From a virus, in IMG/VR virus record IMGVR_UViG_3300042924_003416, positions 1 through 64,000 of that record: a stretch of DNA of 64,000 bases, one strand, 5' to 3'. Of this stretch, positions 27,301-36,900 are shown one piece after another. Both the position numbers and the translations under genes were made by a program. Every line of letters begins with the position of its first letter. Positions within the stretch are counted from its first letter, which is position 1. The notes under the pieces were generated by a model, which saw nothing but the letters and a program-made list of their open reading frames with translations, did no database searches and was not told where the DNA came from.

Positions 27301-28791
27301 TTTGATTTAAAAAGAGATTTGGGTGAAGAAGCAGGTAATGCAAAATATAGTGAAATTGCAAAAGATAATTTAAAATATTTGTTTGATCAGTATGGTAATG
27401 ACGTTATACCTTTTCAAGCAAATGTAGATCCTATGCATACAAAAGATTTAATACTAAGAGGTAATCCCATAATGCCGCTAGATGATATTGGAGGTCATAT
27501 GGGATTTTTAAAAAAAGGTCCTGATGGTAATTATGATTTTACAACTAGAGATTTGTGGAGTTTTAGACCTAGTGCTTATGGTAAAAGATATGCTGGAGAT
27601 AGTACTGCAAAAGCTTTATTTAAAGATGCTCAAGTTCAGTTGATGGATACTTTTGGTAAACCATTTATTCTACATCAAACTAATCCTATTAAATTTAAAG
27701 AAGGTGGTGATTTACCAAAAGCTAAGATGGGTTGGCCTCCTGGAGGTTTTAGATCCCTAAGAAAAATTCCAACAGTATTTGGTAGAGAAGTTTACAGACC
27801 AAGCAGTACTATTTTTAACACAGGAATAAAAACAGGAAATATTCATGTTCCTAAAAAAATAGACTTTTTAAAAGAAACTGGACCAGAAATAGACGAACGT
27901 GTTAGAAGAAATTTAATATGGGATTTTGATGAGTATACTGGAGGAGATCCTGCTAACCTACCAGGAATATCAAGTTATATAGGTAGAGGTCTAGCATCTC
28001 CCACTGAATTAACAAAGTATTTAGGTGATTTTGATTTTAAACCTTTTTCAGATGGATGGCAAGTAAGAAATCAAATGATGAATGCATTTGATGGACCTCA
28101 ATGGGCAGCAGGTAAAAATGATTTTTTTACTGAATCTGAATTAATAAACCTTGTTAATCAACAAAGTGAATGGCAAAAAGCAAGAAATTCATTTGATGAT
28201 ATGTATCCTGAAAATCCTGCTATGGGAATTATGAATGCATTTAGTGGGGATAACAGTAGAGAAGAGTTATTTAGTAATCTTTACCCTAATGCATCTATGC
28301 CAAATTTTAGAAGTAAGTTTACAACACCAGAACAAGAAGCTTTATTACAACAAAATTTACCTTGGCAATATTCAGTAAGAGATAAAGGTATGCTTAATAG
28401 TTGGAAATTAAATCCTTTTCTTGCTGATACACTTAATGATAAAATTTTACCTTCATTTAAAAGACTAACAAACTTTAAAAAAGATTTAGCAGATGATAAT
28501 CATATGGTTGGAGAATATAGAGGAATGTTAGGTGTAAAATATGAAGATTGGAAAAATGCATCACCAGAACAAATTAGTAAATGGGCAAAAGAAATAAATA
28601 AAAAACTTTATAATAGAGATTTTAATCGTTATAAAAGTGATATAGAAAAACCATTTAAAGGAAGTGATGCATGGAATCAAATAACATCTCAACCAGGTTG
28701 GAAAAATAAAAATGGAGGTGTTGCTATGAAACTTACCAAAAAGGAAATAGACAAATATGTTCAAGGAGGATACATTGTAGAAGAAGAATAA
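24346..28791 (+). CDS. Modular putative cargo protein, 1481 aa
   Basis: Long ORF with a Gly/Ala-rich membrane-like segment and cassettes separated by GG-x-LPKAxxG. Confidence 0.7.
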   Translation: MAKYRITSIPANLPQAQDGGSFWKKKYNVAKSKKLKRNKTNTSKRSAGNFSNEVGESISQDLPMVEVQGVDQPSYWNQMSSDVVQGIECPPGKENFEGNCLTEDEILSILDARTAEMKQKNFDRRVEQGFKKSNVFADSEYASKMLGRYISARNQQEQDYDNYANKYYDTFKKSKKSDKIQPFKKFSAEELDQLQDVVDQEGNVVIDETTGQPLQQAKIDAFKNNFLINKTKDGFYELYPKDIVRDRILQSGFNEEQFKNFWGLDPEQVKEQVGDMIGTANEIYNQRLQQRIIKTAIDKNISVEDAIKTIPKSEGTQTGLTNRFKKSTQKIIDDTFDIYTNSMLESMLYDPDVAKKDEDVFYSEDPKTAWENKYHAGDLKYISDKQRKGQKAYDEAIKNFSNIGSSGASDEYYQNQGRYDDRMAQQRLKNQGVQKAINLSRAESARQGAQDKKFNDAFGQYLSNQGTSYQKELLGKAFDKLRADPKAKINFLRDIEKYPDLVMGDVFNLTDDESGKTYSDLYSERLNDSYMNSLKARQNTFKEGSYKPELTTGNKIFDYLRHPFHAAYYAMHPTQDMHGNWNIDYDTRLKLEKEKGINLGTMDKVQGFNPMSVLNLTPLQALNPFKIGSNLRQGYDKGNFIGALGDEIVDIGTSVGAAKGFNALSGSGLGLTKGAGTLVSSIFNPFSDIGYALKAGKNLDNATDYIKKGDYKNAAWEGLEGGLNAIPLIGLPKYLKGFNRFNDATSGFNFNRTFNNANQLNFNSPNLLGTQQIPKYNILNKDGQLIRNQYKNGGSLPKAQLGKIVSSLKLLEPVEVYGKQFLRSHYNPLSYPVKLAGSKVAGLSSGAFRQPGEIAKALLAKEGDLTYKGQNTVIVRPGSEIEKIYTEGGRDLVKNYMLGQTKGLQELMYDFEKDPGLNQAIDYYGPLKAYELYSKIPHGENLGIQDFMKQASGFSFNKDKVIDDLMSGFDQNLNIFDQSKNTRLLFDLKRDLGEEAGNAKYSEIAKDNLKYLFDQYGNDVIPFQANVDPMHTKDLILRGNPIMPLDDIGGHMGFLKKGPDGNYDFTTRDLWSFRPSAYGKRYAGDSTAKALFKDAQVQLMDTFGKPFILHQTNPIKFKEGGDLPKAKMGWPPGGFRSLRKIPTVFGREVYRPSSTIFNTGIKTGNIHVPKKIDFLKETGPEIDERVRRNLIWDFDEYTGGDPANLPGISSYIGRGLASPTELTKYLGDFDFKPFSDGWQVRNQMMNAFDGPQWAAGKNDFFTESELINLVNQQSEWQKARNSFDDMYPENPAMGIMNAFSGDNSREELFSNLYPNASMPNFRSKFTTPEQEALLQQNLPWQYSVRDKGMLNSWKLNPFLADTLNDKILPSFKRLTNFKKDLADDNHMVGEYRGMLGVKYEDWKNASPEQISKWAKEINKKLYNRDFNRYKSDIEKPFKGSDAWNQITSQPGWKNKNGGVAMKLTKKEIDKYVQGGYIVEEE

Positions 28792-28840
28792 ACTTTATAA
28801 GTTTATTGATTAAATTAAAATTTAGTATATTAGTATATAA
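28787..28840 (+). promoter_or_regulatory. Perfect palindrome AATAAACTT-TAT-AAGTTTATT followed by TTTAGTATATTAGTATA promoter-like motif
   Basis: 9-bp inverted repeat at 28787-28807; shared GTATATTA motif at 28825-28832. Confidence 0.5.
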
Positions 28841-28848
28841 CACATCTT

Positions 28849-31800
28849 ATGAAAAAATCAGTAAGAATAAGAAAAGCTCTTCCAGGTGAAAAACCTGGTT
28901 ACTATAATAAGACTGCAAAGTTTTTACAAAAAGCTCAAATGGGTATGCAAGTTGGTTCTCCAAGTATGGATCCTCAAAGATTAAATAAGGTATATGAGAA
29001 TGTATATATATCATTAAAACAGTCTACTCCTCCTGATGTAGTTTATAATGAACTTGTTACAGAATATGCTTTAGATCAGGATACTTCATTAAGTATTCTT
29101 AGAGCTGCTTTAGGTCAGTTATCTCAAGAAGGTTATTTTGATGAATCTGAATTAGAGGGTGAGAGTACATCTCAAAGTGAAGAAGAAACTCAAGAAGAAG
29201 ATACTTCTGCCCAAGAAGAACAACAAGCATCAGATGATGCAGAACAACAACAACTTGCTGAGTCATCTGAAGGTTATTATGATGATGAAGAAGCATTAAA
29301 CAATGACACATCCCATCTTGAAGATGAACAGTATGAGCAACAAGAAGCATTTAGATATGGTGGGTACTGGCAAGATGGTGGAGAAAGTGAAGAAGTATAT
29401 GATGAATCAGAGTATCAAGATGAAGAAAATTATTCTGATGAATCTGATACACGTGAAAATGTAGTTGATCAATATAATTATCCTGGACAATCAACAATGG
29501 AGAAACCTTTCTCTATAGAAGATTTAATGGCTATTACTCCAGGGATGCAAGGACAAGAAGCATTTCCAGATATATCAGCTTATTTAGGTGATTATCAACC
29601 TGTAGCAGATTCATATCAACCAGAGAATTATTTACCTCAAGCACAGTATGGTACTATTATTAAAGCTGCTAAAGCTGCTGCAGATGCACTTAAAGTAGAC
29701 CCTCCTATCTTAAGACAACCGTTTACTAACTTAAGTACTTTACGTAAGTACATACCTATTTCTACTCTTACAGGAGAAGCAGTAACTAAATTACCATTAA
29801 TTGGATCTAAACTTGCACCTAAATTAGCAACTACTTTTACTCAAAATAGAGATGAGTTGTTTAAAGTAATGCAGGGTCAGTCCCCTAAGACAGGTATATT
29901 TAGTCAAACTGGTAGTTATGCTGGTGGAGCTGATGGTAGTTTATCTGCTGATAGATTATTGTTGTATCAAGATGATGTATTTAATATTATTGATCAAATA
30001 GAAAATGGAGGACGTTCTGCTTTTCAATTTATGGATATTGATCCTGTTGCAAAAAATGATGGATTAATAAGTGGATTGTATCCATTAGATTCTAAAATTG
30101 TAAGTGGTGTTGATGATAATGGTTTTAAATTCTTTGAATTAAATAAAACATTTACTCCAGGTGAAAAATTACCATTTGGTACTTTACCTTCTAAAGCTAA
30201 AGAAGTTACATTTAAAAATAGATTCTATTATAAGACTGATGAGGCTGGTCAAGTACAAGTATTTGATTCTTTAGGTAATCCTTTATCTCAAGGTGCTCAA
30301 ACTAAATTTGAAGTTGCAAGACCTTTTGGAACAACTGTTTCAAGAACACTTACTGATCCAATACTAAGAAATTCTAATACACCATTTCCTAGTTTTAGAA
30401 CAGGATACGAAGGTGGAAGACTTACTGAAACTATGGGTGAAAAACCTATGACTTTTGCAGACATGGGTGTAAGAGGTAAGATTGGTAGAGGATTAGAAAC
30501 ATTTGGTTTTACTGGTTTAAATCTTCCTTTTAGAACAGGAGCTGATGCTATTCAAAAAGTTGACTATCCAGTATTTGGATATACTAATAAAGCTTTAGGA
30601 CCTAATGTAATAGATCCTGCTACTGAAGGATCTTATGCAAAAGATATTGCAAATGCAATGAACTATAAATATAGAGTTGGCCGTAATACATTACTTGGTC
30701 TTGGTGCTCTAGGTGCATTAGGTTATACAGGATATAATGCTTATAATAAATGTCAATGTGAAGATCCTCTTGCTCCAAACTATCAAATGAAAGATAAGTA
30801 TGATAACTGTCCTTGTGGTACTGATGTAGGTAGTAGGAGAACTTTAGATCCAACAGCTAATCCTTTTACTGAACAAGTTGATCCAAGATCTTTAACTATG
30901 CCTGATAGTATGCAATTTCTTATTCAAAAAGGAATTTATCCAAGTGCAGAAAATTATTACAGGTATCAAGATAGTAATGTTGTAAATCCAAATATGGAGA
31001 ACAGTATTCCTGCAGATGATTTTGCATATGGTGGTGCATTACCAAGAGCACAAAAAGGTCGTATTATTAAAGGTGTTGCAAAAACAATGAAAACTTTAAA
31101 AGCACAACCTACACCAAAAGGAGTAACCATACCAAAAAATATGTCTGACATTCCAATACCTAAATATAATGTAAAAGGTATGGATGCAAGAAAAGCATTT
31201 GAAGATGATTTAAGACTTGATCAAGATTTTATAGATTTTCAAAATAATGATCAATTTTTACAGTACAGTCCAGGTTTTCAAACTAACCAACAACGCTTAG
31301 ATTCTGAACCTCTTCGTGATTTCTTTAAATATGTAACTGGATATTCTGATCCTCTTGAAATAAAACAATTTTTAAATACCCCTGGTATAACAAAATATAA
31401 TAAATTTGGTGTCCCTTTTGCAACAAGAGATTTTAAAATGATGCAAACACCTTTTGAAGATCCTTTTAATCTTTTAGATGATGGTTTTAATATACCACCT
31501 TATCAAAAAGGAGGTATTTCAAAAAATCAGTTTATTAAAAAGTTTACTTCAATGTATCAAGAAGGTGGGGAAAAAGATCCAAAAGATCCTTCACTAGGTA
31601 AAGGAAAAAGGTTTGATACTCTTACTAATGATGTAGAAGCTAGAAAAGATATATTTAAAAGTAAACTTAAAAATAATTCTAATGTAGCTCTTACAGAAGA
31701 GATATATAAAAATGCTCAGAGTAATCCTCAGATTCTAAGCATGTTAATGCAAGATGGTCAAAAAGAAAATCTTGCAGAAAATGATAATATGCAAACAGCA

Positions 31801-33900
31801 CAATATGGTGGTGTTAAAGAAGATAGTATACCAAATTGGTATAGAGGTTATCAATCTATGATGACTCCTGCACAATATAAAAAACTGTACAAACAGTTAC
31901 GTAGAATGATACCTAAAGGTGTAGATATTTCAAAAGCTAATATTGCATCTAACTTTTTTGATAGGGGAACAACTTTACCACCATATGGTCATGTTATGAC
32001 ATATCCTCAATATGATGATATGATGAATAGAATGACTATGCCAATGATGATAGATCCAAATACTTTTGGATTTAGAGGTACTAGTATTCCTTCACAACTT
32101 CAAGCAGAAGATGCAGTAAATAAAAATAATCAAAAAGGTACACAATTTTTACCTGAACTATCTCCTGACTTTATTGATTCACCATTAACACCTGAATTAA
32201 AAGGTCAAGATTTTTTACAGTTTTATGAAGACTATCCAACTCAACTTCAACAAAAAGATTTTTTTCCATTTGTTGATTATCCTGCAGTTGCTGAACATGG
32301 TGGGTTTGTAGATACTGATGCTGAAGAACCTTTATATAAGTTTATATATGGTGGTGATGAACCAGAATATTATGAACAGTATGGTTTACCAGAAGCACAG
32401 TACGGTGCTGATGTTTCTGGTATTTATGACTATATTGATGGTCTTCAGAAGAATGCTAAGAATAATGATCCTGATCCTAATCCTAAAGAAAATGAAGATA
32501 AGAAAGATGATCAAGATATAATTGAATGTGGACCAGGAACAGTATGGAGTAAAACATATCAATCTTGTATTCCTAGATCTAAAGTAACATATAATCAAAG
32601 ACAAGTAAGAAGAAGTCCTGGATTCTTTAATACTATGTTACCTTGGAATGCACCATTTGGTTATGCCGGTTCATGGACAAAACAGATGTCTTTACCATAT
32701 TATTTAGGAAGTAAAGATCCTTATAAAGGTCAATTAACAGGAGCTCCTGTTGCTAGATACGTAACTAAAAAAGGTATTTTAGGTAGACCTAAAAAATGGA
32801 TAGACATTTACAATACTGGCAGCGGTTCTGGTAGCATAAATCCTATAGAGTTAGAAAAACTGATGGAACAAAACAGAAGAGGTTCCAATAGAAACATGAA
32901 TAAAAATCAGTTTAATAATCCTTCAGAAGATAGAGTAAGTGGTAGAGATCAGTTAGAAAGTGATCTTAAAAAGAGAATGGGTTATTCAGATGAAGAGTGG
33001 GAAAGCACTAGTGAAAAAGATAAGAGAAGAGAGATAAGAGCTGAGAGATATAACCAAGGTAAAGGTTTAAGATATAAGACTAATGAAGCTTATGAAAATC
33101 TTAAAGATTCTGCATTAGGTAATACTGCTAAATTTTATGGAAACATAGGTAAAAAAGTAAAAAACTTTCTTACTAGAAAAGATTATGGTGGTGCTGGTGG
33201 ATGGGATCCTTTTGCATTAGGTAGTGGATTAAGTACTGGTGTTGGTCAAAACATGTCTGCATTTGCACCTTATTCACAACAACAACAATTTGAGAATAGT
33301 TTGTTTGGTACTAAAGGTCCTTCTGCAGCTCCTAAACCACAACAGAATCCTCTTGCTAATGTTAATTTTGGTACGGGCTCTTATGCTGAGACTGCAAATA
33401 CTGGACATACATTAGGTGCACAAGGTCAAGAAATTATTCCACAAAAAGAACCAGAAGCACCTGAAAATGAATATGTAGGTGTTGAAAACAAAAGAAAAGA
33501 TATGCAAAATGTAGATCCTGAAGCAGGAGTAAATGTTACTAATGCAGCTATCAGAGGTGGTTTAGGAGTACTAAGTAGAATGCAGAATGCAGGAAGAGAA
33601 AGAAATTTCTTATTAGATACTGTTGATCCAATGAACTTATATGCATCTGCAAATGAAACTGACAGAGGTGACTGGCAAGACTTTGGTTCTAAATCTGGTA
33701 TGTTAAGATATGATCAAGAAGGACAAGACAGAAGTAGTAGAGCTACCTATGGTAATTATGCTAATGCAGCATATGGTGGATACATGCAAGAGGGTGGATT
33801 CTATGAAGAACCATACTTTGAAGAAGACGAAGAAGTATATATGACTCCAGATGAATTAGAACAATTTTTACAAGCCGGAGGACAAGTTGAATATTTATAA
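28849..33900 (+). CDS. Modular putative cargo protein, 1683 aa
   Basis: About 16 xxxGG/AQxG motifs, an acidic tract, and one TM-like helix followed by a Cys module. Confidence 0.7.
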   Translation: MKKSVRIRKALPGEKPGYYNKTAKFLQKAQMGMQVGSPSMDPQRLNKVYENVYISLKQSTPPDVVYNELVTEYALDQDTSLSILRAALGQLSQEGYFDESELEGESTSQSEEETQEEDTSAQEEQQASDDAEQQQLAESSEGYYDDEEALNNDTSHLEDEQYEQQEAFRYGGYWQDGGESEEVYDESEYQDEENYSDESDTRENVVDQYNYPGQSTMEKPFSIEDLMAITPGMQGQEAFPDISAYLGDYQPVADSYQPENYLPQAQYGTIIKAAKAAADALKVDPPILRQPFTNLSTLRKYIPISTLTGEAVTKLPLIGSKLAPKLATTFTQNRDELFKVMQGQSPKTGIFSQTGSYAGGADGSLSADRLLLYQDDVFNIIDQIENGGRSAFQFMDIDPVAKNDGLISGLYPLDSKIVSGVDDNGFKFFELNKTFTPGEKLPFGTLPSKAKEVTFKNRFYYKTDEAGQVQVFDSLGNPLSQGAQTKFEVARPFGTTVSRTLTDPILRNSNTPFPSFRTGYEGGRLTETMGEKPMTFADMGVRGKIGRGLETFGFTGLNLPFRTGADAIQKVDYPVFGYTNKALGPNVIDPATEGSYAKDIANAMNYKYRVGRNTLLGLGALGALGYTGYNAYNKCQCEDPLAPNYQMKDKYDNCPCGTDVGSRRTLDPTANPFTEQVDPRSLTMPDSMQFLIQKGIYPSAENYYRYQDSNVVNPNMENSIPADDFAYGGALPRAQKGRIIKGVAKTMKTLKAQPTPKGVTIPKNMSDIPIPKYNVKGMDARKAFEDDLRLDQDFIDFQNNDQFLQYSPGFQTNQQRLDSEPLRDFFKYVTGYSDPLEIKQFLNTPGITKYNKFGVPFATRDFKMMQTPFEDPFNLLDDGFNIPPYQKGGISKNQFIKKFTSMYQEGGEKDPKDPSLGKGKRFDTLTNDVEARKDIFKSKLKNNSNVALTEEIYKNAQSNPQILSMLMQDGQKENLAENDNMQTAQYGGVKEDSIPNWYRGYQSMMTPAQYKKLYKQLRRMIPKGVDISKANIASNFFDRGTTLPPYGHVMTYPQYDDMMNRMTMPMMIDPNTFGFRGTSIPSQLQAEDAVNKNNQKGTQFLPELSPDFIDSPLTPELKGQDFLQFYEDYPTQLQQKDFFPFVDYPAVAEHGGFVDTDAEEPLYKFIYGGDEPEYYEQYGLPEAQYGADVSGIYDYIDGLQKNAKNNDPDPNPKENEDKKDDQDIIECGPGTVWSKTYQSCIPRSKVTYNQRQVRRSPGFFNTMLPWNAPFGYAGSWTKQMSLPYYLGSKDPYKGQLTGAPVARYVTKKGILGRPKKWIDIYNTGSGSGSINPIELEKLMEQNRRGSNRNMNKNQFNNPSEDRVSGRDQLESDLKKRMGYSDEEWESTSEKDKRREIRAERYNQGKGLRYKTNEAYENLKDSALGNTAKFYGNIGKKVKNFLTRKDYGGAGGWDPFALGSGLSTGVGQNMSAFAPYSQQQQFENSLFGTKGPSAAPKPQQNPLANVNFGTGSYAETANTGHTLGAQGQEIIPQKEPEAPENEYVGVENKRKDMQNVDPEAGVNVTNAAIRGGLGVLSRMQNAGRERNFLLDTVDPMNLYASANETDRGDWQDFGSKSGMLRYDQEGQDRSSRATYGNYANAAYGGYMQEGGFYEEPYFEEDEEVYMTPDELEQFLQAGGQVEYL

Positions 33901-33908
33901 CAATACCA

Positions 33909-36900
33909 ATGATAAAAGTTAGAATTAAAAAAGTACCTAAAGCAAGAACTGGATACCAAGTTCAAGGAGCATTAGTTAATGATGTACCTGCAATGGGAGG
34001 TATGGACTACAATGCTTATATAGGTAAAGAAAAACTTAAGGAAAGTAAGTACATCACCGCTGTCCCTAGAGAAGAAGCAAATCTTGAAGCAGAGGGAGGT
34101 GAAACAGTATATGGAGACATCAATGGTGATGGAATGCCAGAACATAAAATCATCAAAGGACCAAGACATGCTCAAGGTGGAGTTCCTCTAAGTCTTCCTG
34201 AAGATACTTTTATCTTTAGTGATACCAGAGCTATGAGGATAAAAGATCCTGAGATACTTACTATGTTTGGTAAAGGTGGTGCAAATAAATCTTTTACACC
34301 TGCAGAACTTGCTAAACAATATGATGTACAGAAATATAGAAAACTTTTAGAAGATCCTGATACAGATGCAATAGAAAGAAAGACTGCTGAGTTGATGATC
34401 AAAAAGTATGTTATAAAACTTGGTTGTCTTGCTCTTACACAAGAGTCTATGAAAGGATTCCCTCAAGGAATTCCTGCCGTAGCAAAACCTTGTATGGAAG
34501 CTAAAGGTCTTACAGAACAAGATATATTACCAAGTAAAGAAATACAAGGTCTAAATGAACAGTTGAAGCAACAAATGCAACAACAAGAAGGAGGAGATGA
34601 AAATCAAGTTCAAGAGGCTGTTGACATGAATGAAGGAAATCCTGTTGCTGAACCTACACAACAAGAACCTCAAGGTGAAATGCCTCCATCTCCAGAAGAA
34701 ATGATGATGTATGGTGGTCATAGAAGATTAAGAAGAGGTCAAATGGGAATGGAACAAGTTCCACAAGAAATGATGGAGCCTCAACAAGAACAAGGAGGAG
34801 GAGATGAGATGATGGAAATTGTTCAAGAAGTTCAATCTGCTTTAGAAAGAGGTGCTGACCCTTCTGAAGTTGTTATGAATTTATTAGAGAATAATGTTCC
34901 TCCACAAGCAATAGTAGAAATCTTTGCTCAATTGGGTGCAGATCCACAACAAGCTGCTGGTCTTGTAGAACAAGTAATAAGTCAAGCTCAAGGTGGTGGT
35001 CAAGAACAAATGATGCAAGAACAACCTATGTCAGAAGAAGAAGCAATGATGATGCAACAACAACAGATGCAACAACAAGCTCCTCCAATGGCAATGTATG
35101 GGATGACTATGGGTGGTTATGATATGCCTTTTTTTGACATACCTCAAGCTGAATATGGAATGTCTATGGGTTCTGGTATGTCTCAAAACTATCAGGGAAG
35201 ACCTAAAAGAATTCCTGGATCAGGTCCTATGTTTCCATTAACAAGAGCAGACAATGGTATTGTGGTTGATGGTAGTAATATGACAGAAGAACAACTACAA
35301 AGAGCAATTTGGAATGAACAACAAAAAGCACTTAAAGATTGGAAAGATAAAAATCCCGGTAAAGATCCAAAAACATCTGGTTATAAAGAACCACAAATTA
35401 ATGTAAAACGTAAAGATGCATCAGGTAAAGTTATAACTTCAAAGTTAAAATCATCAGGATTTATTATTCCTGAAGGTAAAGATATTAGTGATTTAAAAGG
35501 TTTTCCTGATACACCAAGAGGGAGAACTGTTGCTGCACAGTATATGTTAATTGAAGATAACTTAAAAAATCCTATAGTTCAAGCTGAGATTATTAAAAAT
35601 ACTAAAGAAGCAATTGAAAATCCTGATGCTTGGACAGGTAAAGGTGGTAAAAGAAATGCAAATAACACATGGTCTAAAAAATATGGATCTTTACCAGATG
35701 ACGAAGAAATTATAAAACAAGCATTAAATCATCAAAAAAGAAATTTAATGTTTGAAGCTAATGAAGTAGATCCTCAATTATTTACAGATGTTGGTGATGC
35801 TTTAGATAAAGCAAGTACAGTTGTATCTGAAAAATATATAAATCCTAAAACAGGAAAACCCTATACTTTAAAAGAAGCCCAATCTGAATTAAAAAGATTA
35901 ACTGATAAGGGATACACAAGTATAGCAAAGATGTCAGAGAAACTTAAAGTTCCTTTAGATCCTTTAGGAAAAGATCGAGTTTTACAACAAGCTACAATGC
36001 ATTCATATGCAAAGTCTTATCAAAATTTTCAAAAAGGTGACTATGATTCTAATCCAGATGCTAAATATGCTATGGATAATTTTTTAGGTAATGTAAGTTT
36101 AGTACATGCCGGAGCAAATGATGAAACCTCAATGGGTGCTTTATATGGTACAATTGGTAATAAAATATCACCTCTTGATGATAAATATAATTATGCTAAT
36201 AATAACTGGTATGATTTTGCAAATAGTTCAAAAGGAGATAGTAGATTTACAACTTATGGTGATACAAGTGCTGGTCATAGATATATGGTTGGTAAAAGAA
36301 ATTATGAATTTGAAGATTTACCACCCGAAGTAGATCCAAATTGTCAATGTGCAGATCCTAATAAACCTAACTATGGTCAGTATAAAGATGCTAATGGAAA
36401 TTGTAGTTGTACTCCTCCAGATGTTCCAAAAGATAAACCAAAGAATTGCCCATGTAGAAAGTCTGATGGAACAGAAATAAACATGACTCCTGATAAAGAT
36501 GGTAACTGTCCTCCTTGTACAGAAGAACAAACTATTGAAACTCCTGCACCTCCTGCTGAATGGTGGTTACAAGATACTATTAAAACTACTGGTGCATTTG
36601 GAGACTTAATGGGTATTAAAAAATATATGCCGTGGGCACCAGGAGTTGAACTTGGAACACCAAGACCAACTTTTATGGATCCTACAAGAGAACTTGCTGC
36701 TAATGCAGAACAAGCAAACATCCAAACCCAAGGTATGGCACAGTTTGCAGGACCTCAAGCATTGTCTGCAAGATCATCTGGTATACAAGGTCAAGCTGCT
36801 AAGAATGCTGCTGATGTACTTGCTAAGTATAATAATGCTAATGTTAATGTTGCAAATCAATTTGAAATGAAAGCAAATGACATTAGAAATCAAGAGAGTA

